From Salinispira sp. (GTDB lineage: Bacteria > Spirochaetota > Spirochaetia > DSM-27196 > Salinispiraceae), in assembly GCA_965602015.1 (NCBI GenBank), contig OZ271918.1, positions 3,392,001-3,456,000 of the forward strand: DNA of 64,000 nucleotides, in the 5' to 3' direction. A model generated the notes under the pieces. That model saw only the letters and a list, made by a program, of their open reading frames with translations, was not told the origin of the DNA and searched no databases. Positions 30,574 through 40,769 of this stretch are shown piece by piece. The number at the start of each line of letters is the position of its first letter. Positions within the stretch are counted from its first letter, which is position 1. The position numbers and the translations under genes are program-made.

Positions 30574-32155
30574 GGTACTCTCCATTGAGATGTATTCGAC
30601 GATCGATGGCGCTTCGCCGGGATTCACCGGCCAAATCGCCGTCTGCAATGAGCCTTTGAGCTACCGAGAGATCCTCGGCGAATATCCTGTCCTCATCTGC
30701 ATGGTCGATGTGGCGCCGCACAAGGTGATGACAGTCCTCAAGAATCGGTCCGGATTTGAGCGGGCGGCGAAAGTCGAAGGCCTGGGCTGCGCAGATCAGC
30801 TCCACCGCGAGAATCTTCTCGAGGTTCTCCAGGACTTGAACCAGCTTGCGTCCGCTGATGGAGCCCATGCTGACATGGTCTTCCTGTCCCAGGCTTGTGG
30901 GGATGCTGTCCGCCGAGGCGGGGAAGCAGAGGTTTTTGTTTTCGCTTGTCAGGGCGGCGGAGGTGTATTGGGGAATCATGAAGCCCGAGTTGATTCCCGT
31001 GTCGCTCATGAGGAGTTTCGGCAGATCCCGGGCCGACCCGTCCAACAAAAGATAGGTACGGCGGTCGGAGATGTTTCCCAATTCGCTGGCGGCGATGAGG
31101 GCGTAGTCGATGGGAAGCGCCAGGGGTTGCCCGTGGAAGTTGCCACCGCTAACGGCGCTGCCGTCTTCCAGAATTATTGGATTGTCGGTCACCGAATTGA
31201 GTTCTATTTCCAGGATCTCCTTCAGGTGCGCCCAGGCGGTTCGGCTTGCGCCGTGGACCTGGGGCATGCAGCGCAGCGAGTAGGGGTCCTGAACCCGGCC
31301 GCAGTCTTTGTGGTGCTGTAGTATTTCCGATCCCTCCAGAAGGGTAGTGATGCGCCGGGCCACAGCCTGGTTTCCCGGGAAGGGCCGCAGCCCGTGAAGC
31401 TCGCTGAGAAAGGGTCTCACCGAACCCAGCATAGCTTCAAGGCTCATGGCCCCGATGATATCGGCGCAGTCCAACAGGTTTTGCATCTTTGCCAGACCGT
31501 ATACTCCCCAGGCGAGAATGAACTGGGTACCGTTTATCAGCGCCAGGCCTTCCTTGGGGCCGAGTTCCAAGGGTTCCAGCTTTGCGTCGGTTAAGGCGCG
31601 GGATGCGCTTATCTGCTTACCCCCGACTTCGACCATACCCAGTCCTATGAGGGGGAGAAAAAGATGGGCCAAGGGAGCCAAGTCCCCCGATGCGCCGACC
31701 GAACCCTGTGATGGAACCAGCGGAGTCAGATCGTTTTGGAGAAACCACAGGATCCGTTCGATGGTTTCTATGCGAATCCCGGAGAATCCCATGCAGAGGG
31801 CCTGGAGCTTGAGCACAAGCATCAGACGGGCAATGGTCCGGGGGATATTCTCTCCCATGCCCACGCTGTGGCTCTTGAGAATGTTGGTTTGAAGCAGTCT
31901 GGTGTCACTGGCGGATATCCTTGAATCGCAGAGCGGGCCGAACCCGGTGTTTACCCCGTATACCGTGGTGTCGTTTTGCACGATTTCTTCGACTCGTGCG
32001 CTGGAATCGGCAATTCGCTTTTTACCCTTCGGACTGATCCCGACGGGTAGTTGTCCGTTGGCGATTTTCATCGCCGTTCCCGCCGTCAGCCGGTCATCTC
32101 CAAAATAAAACGGTTTGCCGACGCGGTCTTTTTTTGTGGTCTTGGTCGAAGTCAT
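30551..32155 (-). CDS. hutH: Histidine ammonia-lyase
   Basis: [20 protein letters not shown] (MIO), [16 protein letters not shown]. Confidence 0.96.
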   Translation of the reverse strand: MTSTKTTKKDRVGKPFYFGDDRLTAGTAMKIANGQLPVGISPKGKKRIADSSARVEEIVQNDTTVYGVNTGFGPLCDSRISASDTRLLQTNILKSHSVGMGENIPRTIARLMLVLKLQALCMGFSGIRIETIERILWFLQNDLTPLVPSQGSVGASGDLAPLAHLFLPLIGLGMVEVGGKQISASRALTDAKLEPLELGPKEGLALINGTQFILAWGVYGLAKMQNLLDCADIIGAMSLEAMLGSVRPFLSELHGLRPFPGNQAVARRITTLLEGSEILQHHKDCGRVQDPYSLRCMPQVHGASRTAWAHLKEILEIELNSVTDNPIILEDGSAVSGGNFHGQPLALPIDYALIAASELGNISDRRTYLLLDGSARDLPKLLMSDTGINSGFMIPQYTSAALTSENKNLCFPASADSIPTSLGQEDHVSMGSISGRKLVQVLENLEKILAVELICAAQAFDFRRPLKSGPILEDCHHLVRRHIDHADEDRIFAEDLSVAQRLIADGDLAGESRRSAIDRRIHLNGEYHEQFGIY

Positions 32156-32844
32156 GGTTGATCTCCGGTTATTTTGTCCCCGCTGCGGGGAGCTGCAAAG
32201 GCTAGCAAGAGGCCAAGAGCCACAGACAGCAGTGCAGCGAACAGTGTGCGGTAGGTGTCGGGAAGCAGAAAGGTGACAGTGTGGGCGGGAATCCAGAACA
32301 GCGGAATGGTGCGGGCAAAAACGAACCCCCACATTCTCTTCCAGTCGGTGGCCTCAAGCAGTTCCCGGGTGTTCCAGTTTCGGAGAGGGAAGCGCCCTGC
32401 GTGTGCTGCGATGAATCTGTCGCTAAGGTGGTGAAATATCATCATAACCGGGGCGAAGAACAGATTCATGAAGAGCGATATCAGAAAGGCTCCGGCAACC
32501 GGAAGCCCAAAAATCCCGGCGGCAAAAGCTCCGGGAAAGGCGGATTGAACTCCCGCTGAGAAAATCCCGAAGATCCAGTATATAAGAACTCCGATGAAGC
32601 CCCAAACGACCATCTTGGGCAATAGCCCGAAACCCTCCGGCAGGTAGCGGCCGGGCCCGCCCCTACGCACCCGTCCCGCGAGCATTTCTCCGGCGGTGGC
32701 CAGAACGGCGAATTTGATAAAACTGATGATCAGGGGAATGGCGGCGTACGCCGTTTCGTAAACCTGCCTGGTGGCCGGAAGGAGGAAAAAAGCCGCAAAA
32801 ATGAGCGCCAGAGCGAGGGCGGCGGCATCGGAGAATCTGAACAT
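32152..32844 (-). CDS. Mpv17/PMP22-like membrane protein
   Basis: Hydrophobic; C-terminal FWIPAHTVTFLLP..YR.L motif; stop overlaps hutH start. Confidence 0.65.
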   Translation of the reverse strand: MFRFSDAAALALALIFAAFFLLPATRQVYETAYAAIPLIISFIKFAVLATAGEMLAGRVRRGGPGRYLPEGFGLLPKMVVWGFIGVLIYWIFGIFSAGVQSAFPGAFAAGIFGLPVAGAFLISLFMNLFFAPVMMIFHHLSDRFIAAHAGRFPLRNWNTRELLEATDWKRMWGFVFARTIPLFWIPAHTVTFLLPDTYRTLFAALLSVALGLLLAFAAPRSGDKITGDQP

Positions 32845-32934
32845 AGAGGCTCCTTGAAAACTGCCTCCATTATATGCCCGGGGGTATAATCTGGCTATGA
32901 GAATTTCAATATATTGAACAAACCGATGTGAGGT

Positions 32935-33657
32935 CTAATCCTTGAGCGGGGCAACGATAATCTCCCGCAGTTCCTGCGACGCCCGATTGCCTTCTCCCGG
33001 GGCATAGCGCCGGGGAGAATGAATGATGAGTTCGACCTTGGCGGGGGTAATAAGGCCCTCTTTCTCGAACAAGGCCCGGGAATTTTTGAGGGTGACGGGC
33101 AAAACCGTAAGCTGCTTATCCGCCAGCAGTCGAATGCCTGCCGTGTTGAACTTCCCGGGCTCCCCGCTGCGAGACCTGGTTCCCTCGGGAAACAGCACCA
33201 TGCACTGGCCGTTTTCCACCTGCAAGGCCGCAGCCTTGAGGGCATCGATGGCGGCCCGGAGGTTTTTCCGGTCGATAAAGACGCATCCGATGGCCTTCAT
33301 CCATGAGGATACAAAGGGAATTTTGCGAAGTTCGGTTTTCGCAATGAATCCGAGAGTTCGGGGTATTGCCGACAGAAGAATGGGAATATCCATGCTGCCC
33401 TGATGGTTGCCAACGACGCAGAATGCCCCGTTTTCCGGAATGTGCTCTTTTCCGCGTACTGTAATATGGGCGCCGGATGTGAGCATGTGCTGCCAGCCCC
33501 AAAACCGGGTTACTCCGAGCACGAAGCCTTTCGCCGCTTTTTGTGCCCGCAGCAGCCTTAATATGCCCAGGGGTAAAAGAAGGAAGAACGAGACAAAAAG
33601 CATGGTCCACATCCAGGCAAAAAACAGAATGGTGTGAATCCAGGTGAGTATTTTCAA
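32935..33657 (-). CDS. plsC: 1-acyl-sn-glycerol-3-phosphate acyltransferase
   Basis: NHQGSMD, FIDR, FPEGTRS. Confidence 0.9.
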   Translation of the reverse strand: MKILTWIHTILFFAWMWTMLFVSFFLLLPLGILRLLRAQKAAKGFVLGVTRFWGWQHMLTSGAHITVRGKEHIPENGAFCVVGNHQGSMDIPILLSAIPRTLGFIAKTELRKIPFVSSWMKAIGCVFIDRKNLRAAIDALKAAALQVENGQCMVLFPEGTRSRSGEPGKFNTAGIRLLADKQLTVLPVTLKNSRALFEKEGLITPAKVELIIHSPRRYAPGEGNRASQELREIIVAPLKD

Positions 33658-33713
33658 CGGATACCTCCGGGTTGCTCAGCAGTATACCGTTCTGACCCCC
33701 GAGTATCCAGCGC

Positions 33714-33743
33714 AAAAAAAGGGCCGGCATACATACCGGCCCT
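33714..33743 (-). terminator. Intrinsic terminator after the ABC operon
   Basis: AGGGCCGG...CCGGCCCT hairpin with a T-run on the minus strand. Confidence 0.7.
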
Positions 33744-33783
33744 CCTGGTACTCAGTGAAATAGTGCGGGTAAACAGCACATCA

Positions 33784-34746
33784 TCACTCTTTGACGCCTC
33801 CGGCGGACAGTCCGCCCACAAGCCGTTTCTGGATGGTCATAAACAGGGCGATAACCGGAATGGCCGTCAGCATCGATGCCGACATGATCCGGTCCCAAAT
33901 GGCGTTTTTTGATACAAACAGGCTGTTCAGGCCGATGGGCAGGGTGTAAATGTCCCTGTAGGCCTTGAGGAAAACCGATGCGAACAGGTATTCGTTCCAG
34001 GCAATCATAAACGAATAGATGTACACCGTCGCCAGGGCTGAAAAACTCAGGGGGATAATAATCCTGAAGATCGTTTCAAAACGGGTGCATCCGTCTATAA
34101 GGGCCGCTTCCTCGATTGAAAAGGGGATGGACCGGAAGAAATTGCCCAACATGTACAGGGACACCGGCAGGGTCTGGACCATATAGATGATCAGCAGGGC
34201 AATAAAGGTTCCCCACTGGGTTCTCGCCAGTCCGATGTCAACGGCCATTTTATACAGGGGAATCAGAAGCAGTATGCCTCCGAACATGTAGACAAACAGT
34301 ACCCCCCTCTGGATTACCGCCCGGCCCTTGTAGTTCGTACGGGCAAACGAATACGCTCCGAATACCGCCAGCATCAGGCTGATCAACGCCGCGATGGATG
34401 AAAGGAGGATGCTGTTACCGAAATACCTGAGGAAGGGGAACACATCCCCGGTATCCTGGTAGCGGGCGATTATCGCCTCCCTCTGCTCCCTGGTTAGCTC
34501 CGGACTCTCCTCGAGCAGGGTCACGATTGATTCAGGAACATTCTGCAGGGATTGTCCGATTCCCAAAAGCTCCCGGTATGCTTCGAAATTGAGCTGGGTG
34601 GGGATCAGCGAGGGATTACCCCAGTCCCACTGATATTTCAGGGAAGTCGAGAGCATCTGAACGAAGGGAAACAACGCGAAGGTCAGGATGAGCAGTATCA
34701 GCAGGACGAAACCGGTTTTATGAAATACGGTGTTTTTCCTTACCAT
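33784..34746 (-). CDS. Carbohydrate ABC transporter permease (YcjP-like)
   Basis: EEAALIDG EAA loop, AWNEYLFA. Confidence 0.92.
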   Translation of the reverse strand: MVRKNTVFHKTGFVLLILLILTFALFPFVQMLSTSLKYQWDWGNPSLIPTQLNFEAYRELLGIGQSLQNVPESIVTLLEESPELTREQREAIIARYQDTGDVFPFLRYFGNSILLSSIAALISLMLAVFGAYSFARTNYKGRAVIQRGVLFVYMFGGILLLIPLYKMAVDIGLARTQWGTFIALLIIYMVQTLPVSLYMLGNFFRSIPFSIEEAALIDGCTRFETIFRIIIPLSFSALATVYIYSFMIAWNEYLFASVFLKAYRDIYTLPIGLNSLFVSKNAIWDRIMSASMLTAIPVIALFMTIQKRLVGGLSAGGVKE

Positions 34747-35621
34747 TTAAGTACCCTCTTCACATACACGATTATGATGCCCAATAGCAGCACGAATTGA
34801 ATGAGCGCGAGAGCGCTGGCATCGCCTAATTCCATGGTCCCGACGAAGGCTTTGAAATAGGTGTATATCGGCAGGGTTTTGATGTTCGTACCCGTGAGCA
34901 GAAACACTTCTTCGAATTTATTGAAGTTCCAGATAAACCTTAGAAGCATCAGGGCTCCAACGACGAAATACAGCTCCGGCACCGTTATATGCCTGAACTT
35001 GTGCCAGCCGTTGGCGCCGTCGATCTCCGCCGCCTCGTACAGGCTTTCATCGATGGCCTGCAGCCGGGAGAGGATCATCAGATAGCTGAACGGAAAGTTC
35101 TTCCAGATATTAAAGATGATAAGGACCCAGAGGGCGTTCTGGGGGTCTCTGATGAGGTTGAACCGTTCGCTCACCCATCCAAGCTGTTCGACCAGGGTAT
35201 GCATGAAAATTCCATTAACCGGGTCGAAGAAAAACTGCCAGGAGAACACTACGGATATTACCGGAGCCACGTAGGGGAACAGAATGAGGCTCCTGACAAG
35301 CCCCCGCAGGGGAAACTCCCGGTTCATTACCATGGCGACCCCGAGACCTGCCAGGGTGGTTCCCACGGTGGACAGCAGGACGTAGAGAAAGGTCATGAGA
35401 ACAGAGCGCCAGAATTCGCTGTCGGCGATGATGCTGGTGTAGTTCCGTATTCCGATGAATCGATTGGATCCCATGAGGGAAACATCGAAAAAACTCAGAT
35501 AGACATTGTAGATGATGGGATAGAGGATGAGCAGCAGGATTATTATGAGCGCAGGAGCGATTAATCCCCAGCCCAGTCTGGCTTCCCGTTCATCATTGGT
35601 TAATGCGCGTAAAGCAGGCAT
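34740..35621 (-). CDS. Carbohydrate ABC transporter permease (YcjO-like)
   Basis: LYEAAEIDGA EAA loop. Confidence 0.92.
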   Translation of the reverse strand: MPALRALTNDEREARLGWGLIAPALIIILLLILYPIIYNVYLSFFDVSLMGSNRFIGIRNYTSIIADSEFWRSVLMTFLYVLLSTVGTTLAGLGVAMVMNREFPLRGLVRSLILFPYVAPVISVVFSWQFFFDPVNGIFMHTLVEQLGWVSERFNLIRDPQNALWVLIIFNIWKNFPFSYLMILSRLQAIDESLYEAAEIDGANGWHKFRHITVPELYFVVGALMLLRFIWNFNKFEEVFLLTGTNIKTLPIYTYFKAFVGTMELGDASALALIQFVLLLGIIIVYVKRVLKW

Positions 35622-35643
35622 GGCAATACCTCTTTTCCAGTAA

Positions 35644-35670
35644 AACGGCCGCAGAACTATCTGCGGCCGT
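35644..35670. terminator. Intercistronic hairpin between the SBP and permease genes
   Basis: AACGGCCGCAGA...TCTGCGGCCGTT. Confidence 0.65.
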
Positions 35671-35681
35671 TAGTTCGAATG

Positions 35682-37052
35682 CTATTCGTTGACTATTTGC
35701 CTCATTGCTTGTTCCGCCCGGGTCATGGCGGTGTCGACCGCCACTCCTTCCTGGGTAATGGAGAAGAGCATCTGGGGAATAATCTGGTTGGAGAAAATCG
35801 CGCTGGCCGCTTCAATGCGTACGCCGTCTACAATGGAGAAGGTCTCGATTTCGTTCATGCCGGAAATGATTTCCGCCATTTTATCGGCGCCGTAGTTCTT
35901 GAATACCCCGTTGGGGTCGTTCTGGAAGCGCGCATTGGTGGCGATTTCCCGGAGCACGGGGTTCATTCCGCCTGGAGCCATATGCAGATAGGTGATGTAG
36001 GCGTTGGGGGTGTAGAGGTAGCGCAGGAACGCCGCAGCCGCTTCGGTCACTGCCGAGTCTTCCTGTTGGGGCAGAGCCATACTTACCACGACTCCGTAAC
36101 CCGCGGGTTCTGTGTTGGTGATAATGGGAGCCAGGGCGGTGTTGCTTACCAGCTCAGGGTCGAAGGACGCACCCTCGAGATCGGCGAAATTTTCGCTGGT
36201 CAGACTTCCGGCAGCCACATCGGCGATGGCGATATCGTCCATGATGTAGGTGGAGTAGAAGAACATGGCCATTTTACCCTGAAGGTAATAATCCCGTGCT
36301 CGCCATGTTTGTGGACCCGGTGGATTGTACTGCGCCAGTTCGGCGTAGTATTCAACGGCTTCCCTCATTTCCGGGCTGTTGAAGATCAAATTCCCCTCCC
36401 GGTCGAACAGGGCTGCGCCATTCGCCATGGCGATGGGAGTGAAGGACTGCTCGGTGAACGCTTCGGCAGTGGTTCCCACCAGAATGCCGTACTGATTGTT
36501 CTCCGGCTGATAGAAGTACTCGGCGGCGGTGAGAATGTTTTCCCAGGTATTCGGCGGATCCAGACCCGCCTCTTCGAACCAGTCGGATCGGTACCAGATG
36601 CCCTGAATCCAGCCGTGATAGGGCAGGGCGTAGTAGCCGCCTTCACCGTCGTTAACCAGCCGCAATACCCCGTCGTAGAAATTTTCCGCTCCGATGCTGT
36701 CTAGGACGGAGGCGATTGCGTCCTTGTCCATGAAGCCCTCGGCACCGAAGGTAACGGCGTTTTCCGCTCCCAGTTCGATGAGGCCCGGCAGGTTGCCCGC
36801 CGCCGCTGCGGCATTGATCTGGGTCGGGATGTCATTTTCATCCACGGGGATGAGGTTAATGGTGACATTCGGATTGATGGCGCTGTAGGTATCGATGAGT
36901 ACCTGGATTGTCGCCATGCGGTCGGACTGGGTCTGGGTCGTCCAGAAATCAAATTCGACCGGGCCGGCGGCGGTTTCACGTGCGCATCCGGTGAACAGCA
37001 CCGCGGTTATCAATAAAGACGCGGTTAAAAAAACTAGCAGTAGACGCTTCAT
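35682..37052 (-). CDS. Carbohydrate ABC transporter substrate-binding lipoprotein (YcjN-like)
   Basis: Lipobox FTGC; YYALPY...IWYR.D.F.EAGL.PP.TW. Confidence 0.9.
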   Translation of the reverse strand: MKRLLLVFLTASLLITAVLFTGCARETAAGPVEFDFWTTQTQSDRMATIQVLIDTYSAINPNVTINLIPVDENDIPTQINAAAAAGNLPGLIELGAENAVTFGAEGFMDKDAIASVLDSIGAENFYDGVLRLVNDGEGGYYALPYHGWIQGIWYRSDWFEEAGLDPPNTWENILTAAEYFYQPENNQYGILVGTTAEAFTEQSFTPIAMANGAALFDREGNLIFNSPEMREAVEYYAELAQYNPPGPQTWRARDYYLQGKMAMFFYSTYIMDDIAIADVAAGSLTSENFADLEGASFDPELVSNTALAPIITNTEPAGYGVVVSMALPQQEDSAVTEAAAAFLRYLYTPNAYITYLHMAPGGMNPVLREIATNARFQNDPNGVFKNYGADKMAEIISGMNEIETFSIVDGVRIEAASAIFSNQIIPQMLFSITQEGVAVDTAMTRAEQAMRQIVNE

Positions 37053-37155
37053 ACAAAGCCTCCTAAGATTTTTTTCGGGAGAATGCCGGACCGTGATTCG
37101 CCGCGAATTCTCTCCACTACCTCGTTCAGTGTTTTTTTACCTGGTACTGCAGACG

Positions 37156-37169
37156 TGCCAACGATGGCA
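37156..37169. promoter_or_regulatory. Candidate LacI-family operator
   Basis: TGCCAACGATGGCA, a CG-centred near-palindrome between the divergent SBP and LacI genes. Confidence 0.55.
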
Positions 37170-37320
37170 TACATCCATCGTACGACCGATGATTTGAGCT
37201 GTCAAATATTTTAGAGATAAAAACGCCTGTGCTGCTGCGGCAGACGTTGGCGATTTCTCCTCGCTGCTGTTACAATTGCGGGGCGCAGGGAGGGAATCCC
37301 TCCATATGTTCGGAGGAATC

Positions 37321-38340
37321 ATGGAAGGCTGTTCGGACAAAGTGACCATCAAGGATATCGCCCGGATGGCCGGAGTGTCGATCCGAACAGTCTCCCGGGT
37401 AATCAATAATAACCCCCGGGTCAGCGCGGAAACGCGGCGAAAAGTAGAAGAAATCATATCCGAAAAGGGATTTCAGCCGAACATTGTTGCCCAGTCCCTC
37501 CGCCGGCGAAAAACGAATACTCTGGTTATTTTTATCGAGCGCCAGGACGTGAGGCACTGGTCCCAGTATCATCCCCGGGTGGTTAACAGCCTGGTTGACC
37601 GGGCTCACCTCCGGGGATATCACGTGGTGATTTCATACTCGAACCCCCACTCATTTGAGGAAAATCAGAACGACGGATTTTACCTCCTTCGAAACGGCTA
37701 CGCCGATGCGGCCATCGTCCTCGACACAAATCATGAGGACCGAAGGGTGGAATATATGCTTAAAAACAATATCCCCTTTGTGATTCTGGGACACAGTCCT
37801 CAGCCTGAAAAAAGTTCCTGGGTGCGTTTGGATGACCGTCTGGCAGGACGGCTGATCGGGTCGTTTATCCTTCAACGCGAACTTCTCCCTGCCGTAGGCT
37901 TCTTCGGCGGAGGGAACTTCATCGTCACCGAGGACCGTCTTCAGGGAATTCTCGAAGGTCTTTCCCATCGCGCCGGCGAATTCGAAGCCCGGATGGATTG
38001 CCGGGACATGGAAGGGACCTACCGCAGGGCCTCCGGAGCTCTTTCGGGATTTCGCTGCGCCTTTGTGTCCGGCGATGACCGGGCGCCGGGGGTGTACCGG
38101 GCTGCTCGGGATGCGGGCCTTTCGATACCGAAGGATCTTGCTGTAATCGGATTCGACAATAATCCCCTGGCCGCATTTCTCTCTCCGCCTCTCACCAGCG
38201 TTGATCAGCCCTACGACAGCTTCGCAGAAGACCTTATCCGCATCATCGACGATCTGCAGGCCGACCCGGGCTGCATCCGACAGATTACCCATGAACCGTT
38301 TATCATAGAAAGGGGCTCGACCCCCGGAGGCGCCGGGTAA
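37321..38340 (+). CDS. LacI-family transcriptional regulator
   Basis: TIKDIARMAGVSIRTVSRVIN; IP.DLAVIGFD; LTSVDQ. Confidence 0.93.
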   Translation: MEGCSDKVTIKDIARMAGVSIRTVSRVINNNPRVSAETRRKVEEIISEKGFQPNIVAQSLRRRKTNTLVIFIERQDVRHWSQYHPRVVNSLVDRAHLRGYHVVISYSNPHSFEENQNDGFYLLRNGYADAAIVLDTNHEDRRVEYMLKNNIPFVILGHSPQPEKSSWVRLDDRLAGRLIGSFILQRELLPAVGFFGGGNFIVTEDRLQGILEGLSHRAGEFEARMDCRDMEGTYRRASGALSGFRCAFVSGDDRAPGVYRAARDAGLSIPKDLAVIGFDNNPLAAFLSPPLTSVDQPYDSFAEDLIRIIDDLQADPGCIRQITHEPFIIERGSTPGGAG

Positions 38341-38349
38341 TACAGGAGA

Positions 38350-39447
38350 ATGCATATGACTATCGGCTCGAAGTTCATTATCGCCGTCCCGATCTGCGAA
38401 AATCTCGACGAGACCTGGCGGGTAATCGATTCATATCTCGAACTCGAGCCCGGCGGATTTATGGTAGGCGTCGGCGGGAAGCTGCCGGTCTTGTCGCCTC
38501 CGGGCCGGCGGGATCTGGTTGATTACGGAATGCTCAGCAGATTTATCTCCGACCTCAAGCGCCGTGCCCCGCAGGCATTTGTCGCAGTGGATGCCGAGGG
38601 CGGGAGTATTTTTAATATTCTTGAGGGCACCAGTCCCCTGAAGTCAACCCGCAGCTATGCGGGGTTCCGGTCCGACACCCGGTTGACCGTCGAGCTCGCG
38701 GAGCATTTGACCAGCCACGCGGAACTGCTGGCGGGGATAGGAGTCGATATCAACTTCGCCCCTCTTCTCGATGTTCCCCTGCCGGGCTACCTGGGCTATG
38801 CCGCCGAAGACAATCGATGCGTGTCCGATGATCCCGGGGAAATTTATGATTTTGCAGAGTTGTTTATCGAAACTCACCGGAAACAGGGCGTGCTGTGCAC
38901 CGCCAAACACTTTCCGGGCTACGGCCACCTTAATACCAATCCCCATACACGCCTCAGCGCAGAAGCCGCCGGCTGGAATGCAGACCTGGCGCTGGCCCCG
39001 TACCGAAGGCTTATACGCGAAAATCAGCTCGATGCGCTGATGCTTGGGCATTGCACAACTCCCCTTCATCCGGGAATACCCGCAACCCTCGCCCCGGCGG
39101 CATTGAATTTGCTTCGTGATGAGTTGGGCTTCAACGGTATTGCGGTAGCCGACGAGCTTTTTATGGGAGCGGTAAACGACTATTACCGGAGCGATTCTTC
39201 GGGTCGAAGCGACGGGGATCCCGAGGGGGAACAGCGCGCCGTTGATGCCTGGGAACTCTGCGACCTCATAATCGTCAGTTATCCCATTCAAAACCGGGAC
39301 GGCACCGTAAGTGGTATTCCCGGGGGGGAACGCCGTTTGCCGCGGATGATTTCCGCCGTGAAGGCCGCTCTCGAGGACGGGCGCATCACCTCTGGTTCCC
39401 TGGAGCTCAGTGGGGAGCGCCTGAGACGGGCGGGGCTTTTAAAATAA
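38350..39447 (+). CDS. Glycoside hydrolase family 3, single-domain NagZ-like
   Basis: AVDAEGG, NFAPLLD, KHFPG.G, LR.ELGF.G...D.L.M. Confidence 0.85.
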   Translation: MHMTIGSKFIIAVPICENLDETWRVIDSYLELEPGGFMVGVGGKLPVLSPPGRRDLVDYGMLSRFISDLKRRAPQAFVAVDAEGGSIFNILEGTSPLKSTRSYAGFRSDTRLTVELAEHLTSHAELLAGIGVDINFAPLLDVPLPGYLGYAAEDNRCVSDDPGEIYDFAELFIETHRKQGVLCTAKHFPGYGHLNTNPHTRLSAEAAGWNADLALAPYRRLIRENQLDALMLGHCTTPLHPGIPATLAPAALNLLRDELGFNGIAVADELFMGAVNDYYRSDSSGRSDGDPEGEQRAVDAWELCDLIIVSYPIQNRDGTVSGIPGGERRLPRMISAVKAALEDGRITSGSLELSGERLRRAGLLK

Positions 39448-39540
39448 GCGGGGACGCCATGAACAACTGCGCTGACGCTCCGACAAGCATGAAGGCTGCG
39501 GCCGAATATCCGCCGCGTATTTCAAGGCTAATGGAAAATA

Positions 39541-40017
39541 TCACCGCCCCTCGTGTACCCTCCCGTGGAGGGTCCTGCGAAGGGCAAACAGGCGGTGTTT
39601 TGCGCTCCCCTCGGGGATATTTAGGGTGCGGGCAAGTTCCGCGACGCTTCGCCTTTGGACGTAAAACAGCTCATAGAGGCGGCGCTCCCCACGGGACAGG
39701 CCCTCTATTGCGTATCGCAGGGCGAGACGTCTGAGGTCGGTTTTGTCCGCACCGGGAATTCCCTCGCTGAGCCGCTGCTCCAAGTTGCGGTACCGGCTTT
39801 TGTAATAAAACTTATGGAGAATATTTCGGGCTATCGCGAAGACCCAGGTAGCATGCGATGACTCCCCCCGAAAACGCCGGCCGGCGAGAAAGATGGCGAG
39901 CAGGGCTTCCTGGGTGAGATCCTCCGCCTCCGCCCGGTCCACGATATTGCGCTGAAAAAAACGCAAAAGGGGTCTTTCGTACCGTTTTATGAGGTAATTA
40001 ATCTCATCGCTTTTCAT
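39541..40017 (-). CDS. ECF RNA polymerase sigma factor
   Basis: AEDLTQE, F.GES...TW.F.IARN, S..ELA..LNIPEGS.K.RL. Confidence 0.85.
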   Translation of the reverse strand: MKSDEINYLIKRYERPLLRFFQRNIVDRAEAEDLTQEALLAIFLAGRRFRGESSHATWVFAIARNILHKFYYKSRYRNLEQRLSEGIPGADKTDLRRLALRYAIEGLSRGERRLYELFYVQRRSVAELARTLNIPEGSAKHRLFALRRTLHGRVHEGR

Positions 40018-40039
40018 TATGCCGGCCTTCGTCGCGAAG

Positions 40040-40660
40040 TCACATCACCTCCAGCCTGTCCTTCAGAAGCCGAGGGTGCTGCTTTGACGCGAAAGACTCC
40101 AGGGTGGTCAGAATGAGATCGTATTCCCGTTCGGTTCTGCGCATGGCGCTGCGTTTCATCTCCGCCATGATTTCCAGGAGACTTTCGGGGCTGTGTCCGT
40201 TAATCATGAGCTGCATGGCCTTTGCAATTCCCGGATGCGGGGCACGGTCTACAAAGCCTTCGAGGGCAAGCGGCGGGTGCATCTGGATAAAATAGGAAAA
40301 CCGAAGCAGAAACTCCTTGGGATCCTCTGAAAACGAGGTGTCCGGGAAATGAGCGGCTGCATCGGCGGCCCGATTTGGCTCATCCCGCATAAACCGGTGA
40401 TAAATATTCAAATGGTGCTCGAATACATCCAGCCCCTGTCGCCCGGCATTGCGGGGAAGATTTCCTTCGGCCTCCCGCATCTCCTCCTGTATCATTTCGA
40501 CGGCCCGGGGAGACATGTTGCGGAAAATAACTTTCCTCATCGCCTCGTCCAGTTCCAGGAGCGCCGGAGTTAATACTTCTGTTTCAATCTCCCGAAGGGC
40601 CATCTGGATTATGCGGTTGTTGTAGTCCGAGTTCTCTTCAAAATCATGTATATGTTTCAT
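40040..40660 (-). CDS. FliG C-terminal-domain protein with MotA-like C-terminal half
   Basis: IQ.ALREI....L..AL......R..IFRNMS.RA.EMIQEEM (FliG_C). Confidence 0.7.
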   Translation of the reverse strand: MKHIHDFEENSDYNNRIIQMALREIETEVLTPALLELDEAMRKVIFRNMSPRAVEMIQEEMREAEGNLPRNAGRQGLDVFEHHLNIYHRFMRDEPNRAADAAAHFPDTSFSEDPKEFLLRFSYFIQMHPPLALEGFVDRAPHPGIAKAMQLMINGHSPESLLEIMAEMKRSAMRRTEREYDLILTTLESFASKQHPRLLKDRLEVM

Positions 40661-40769
40661 TTGCGTCTCCTTATATACTTGTAGTACCGTTTCATGCGAA
40701 AAGGTTTAAAAAAATCTCGGGCGACGAGGTTTTTTCCGCATTGCCGCTGCGTGCGGACTGGGAGGAAAT

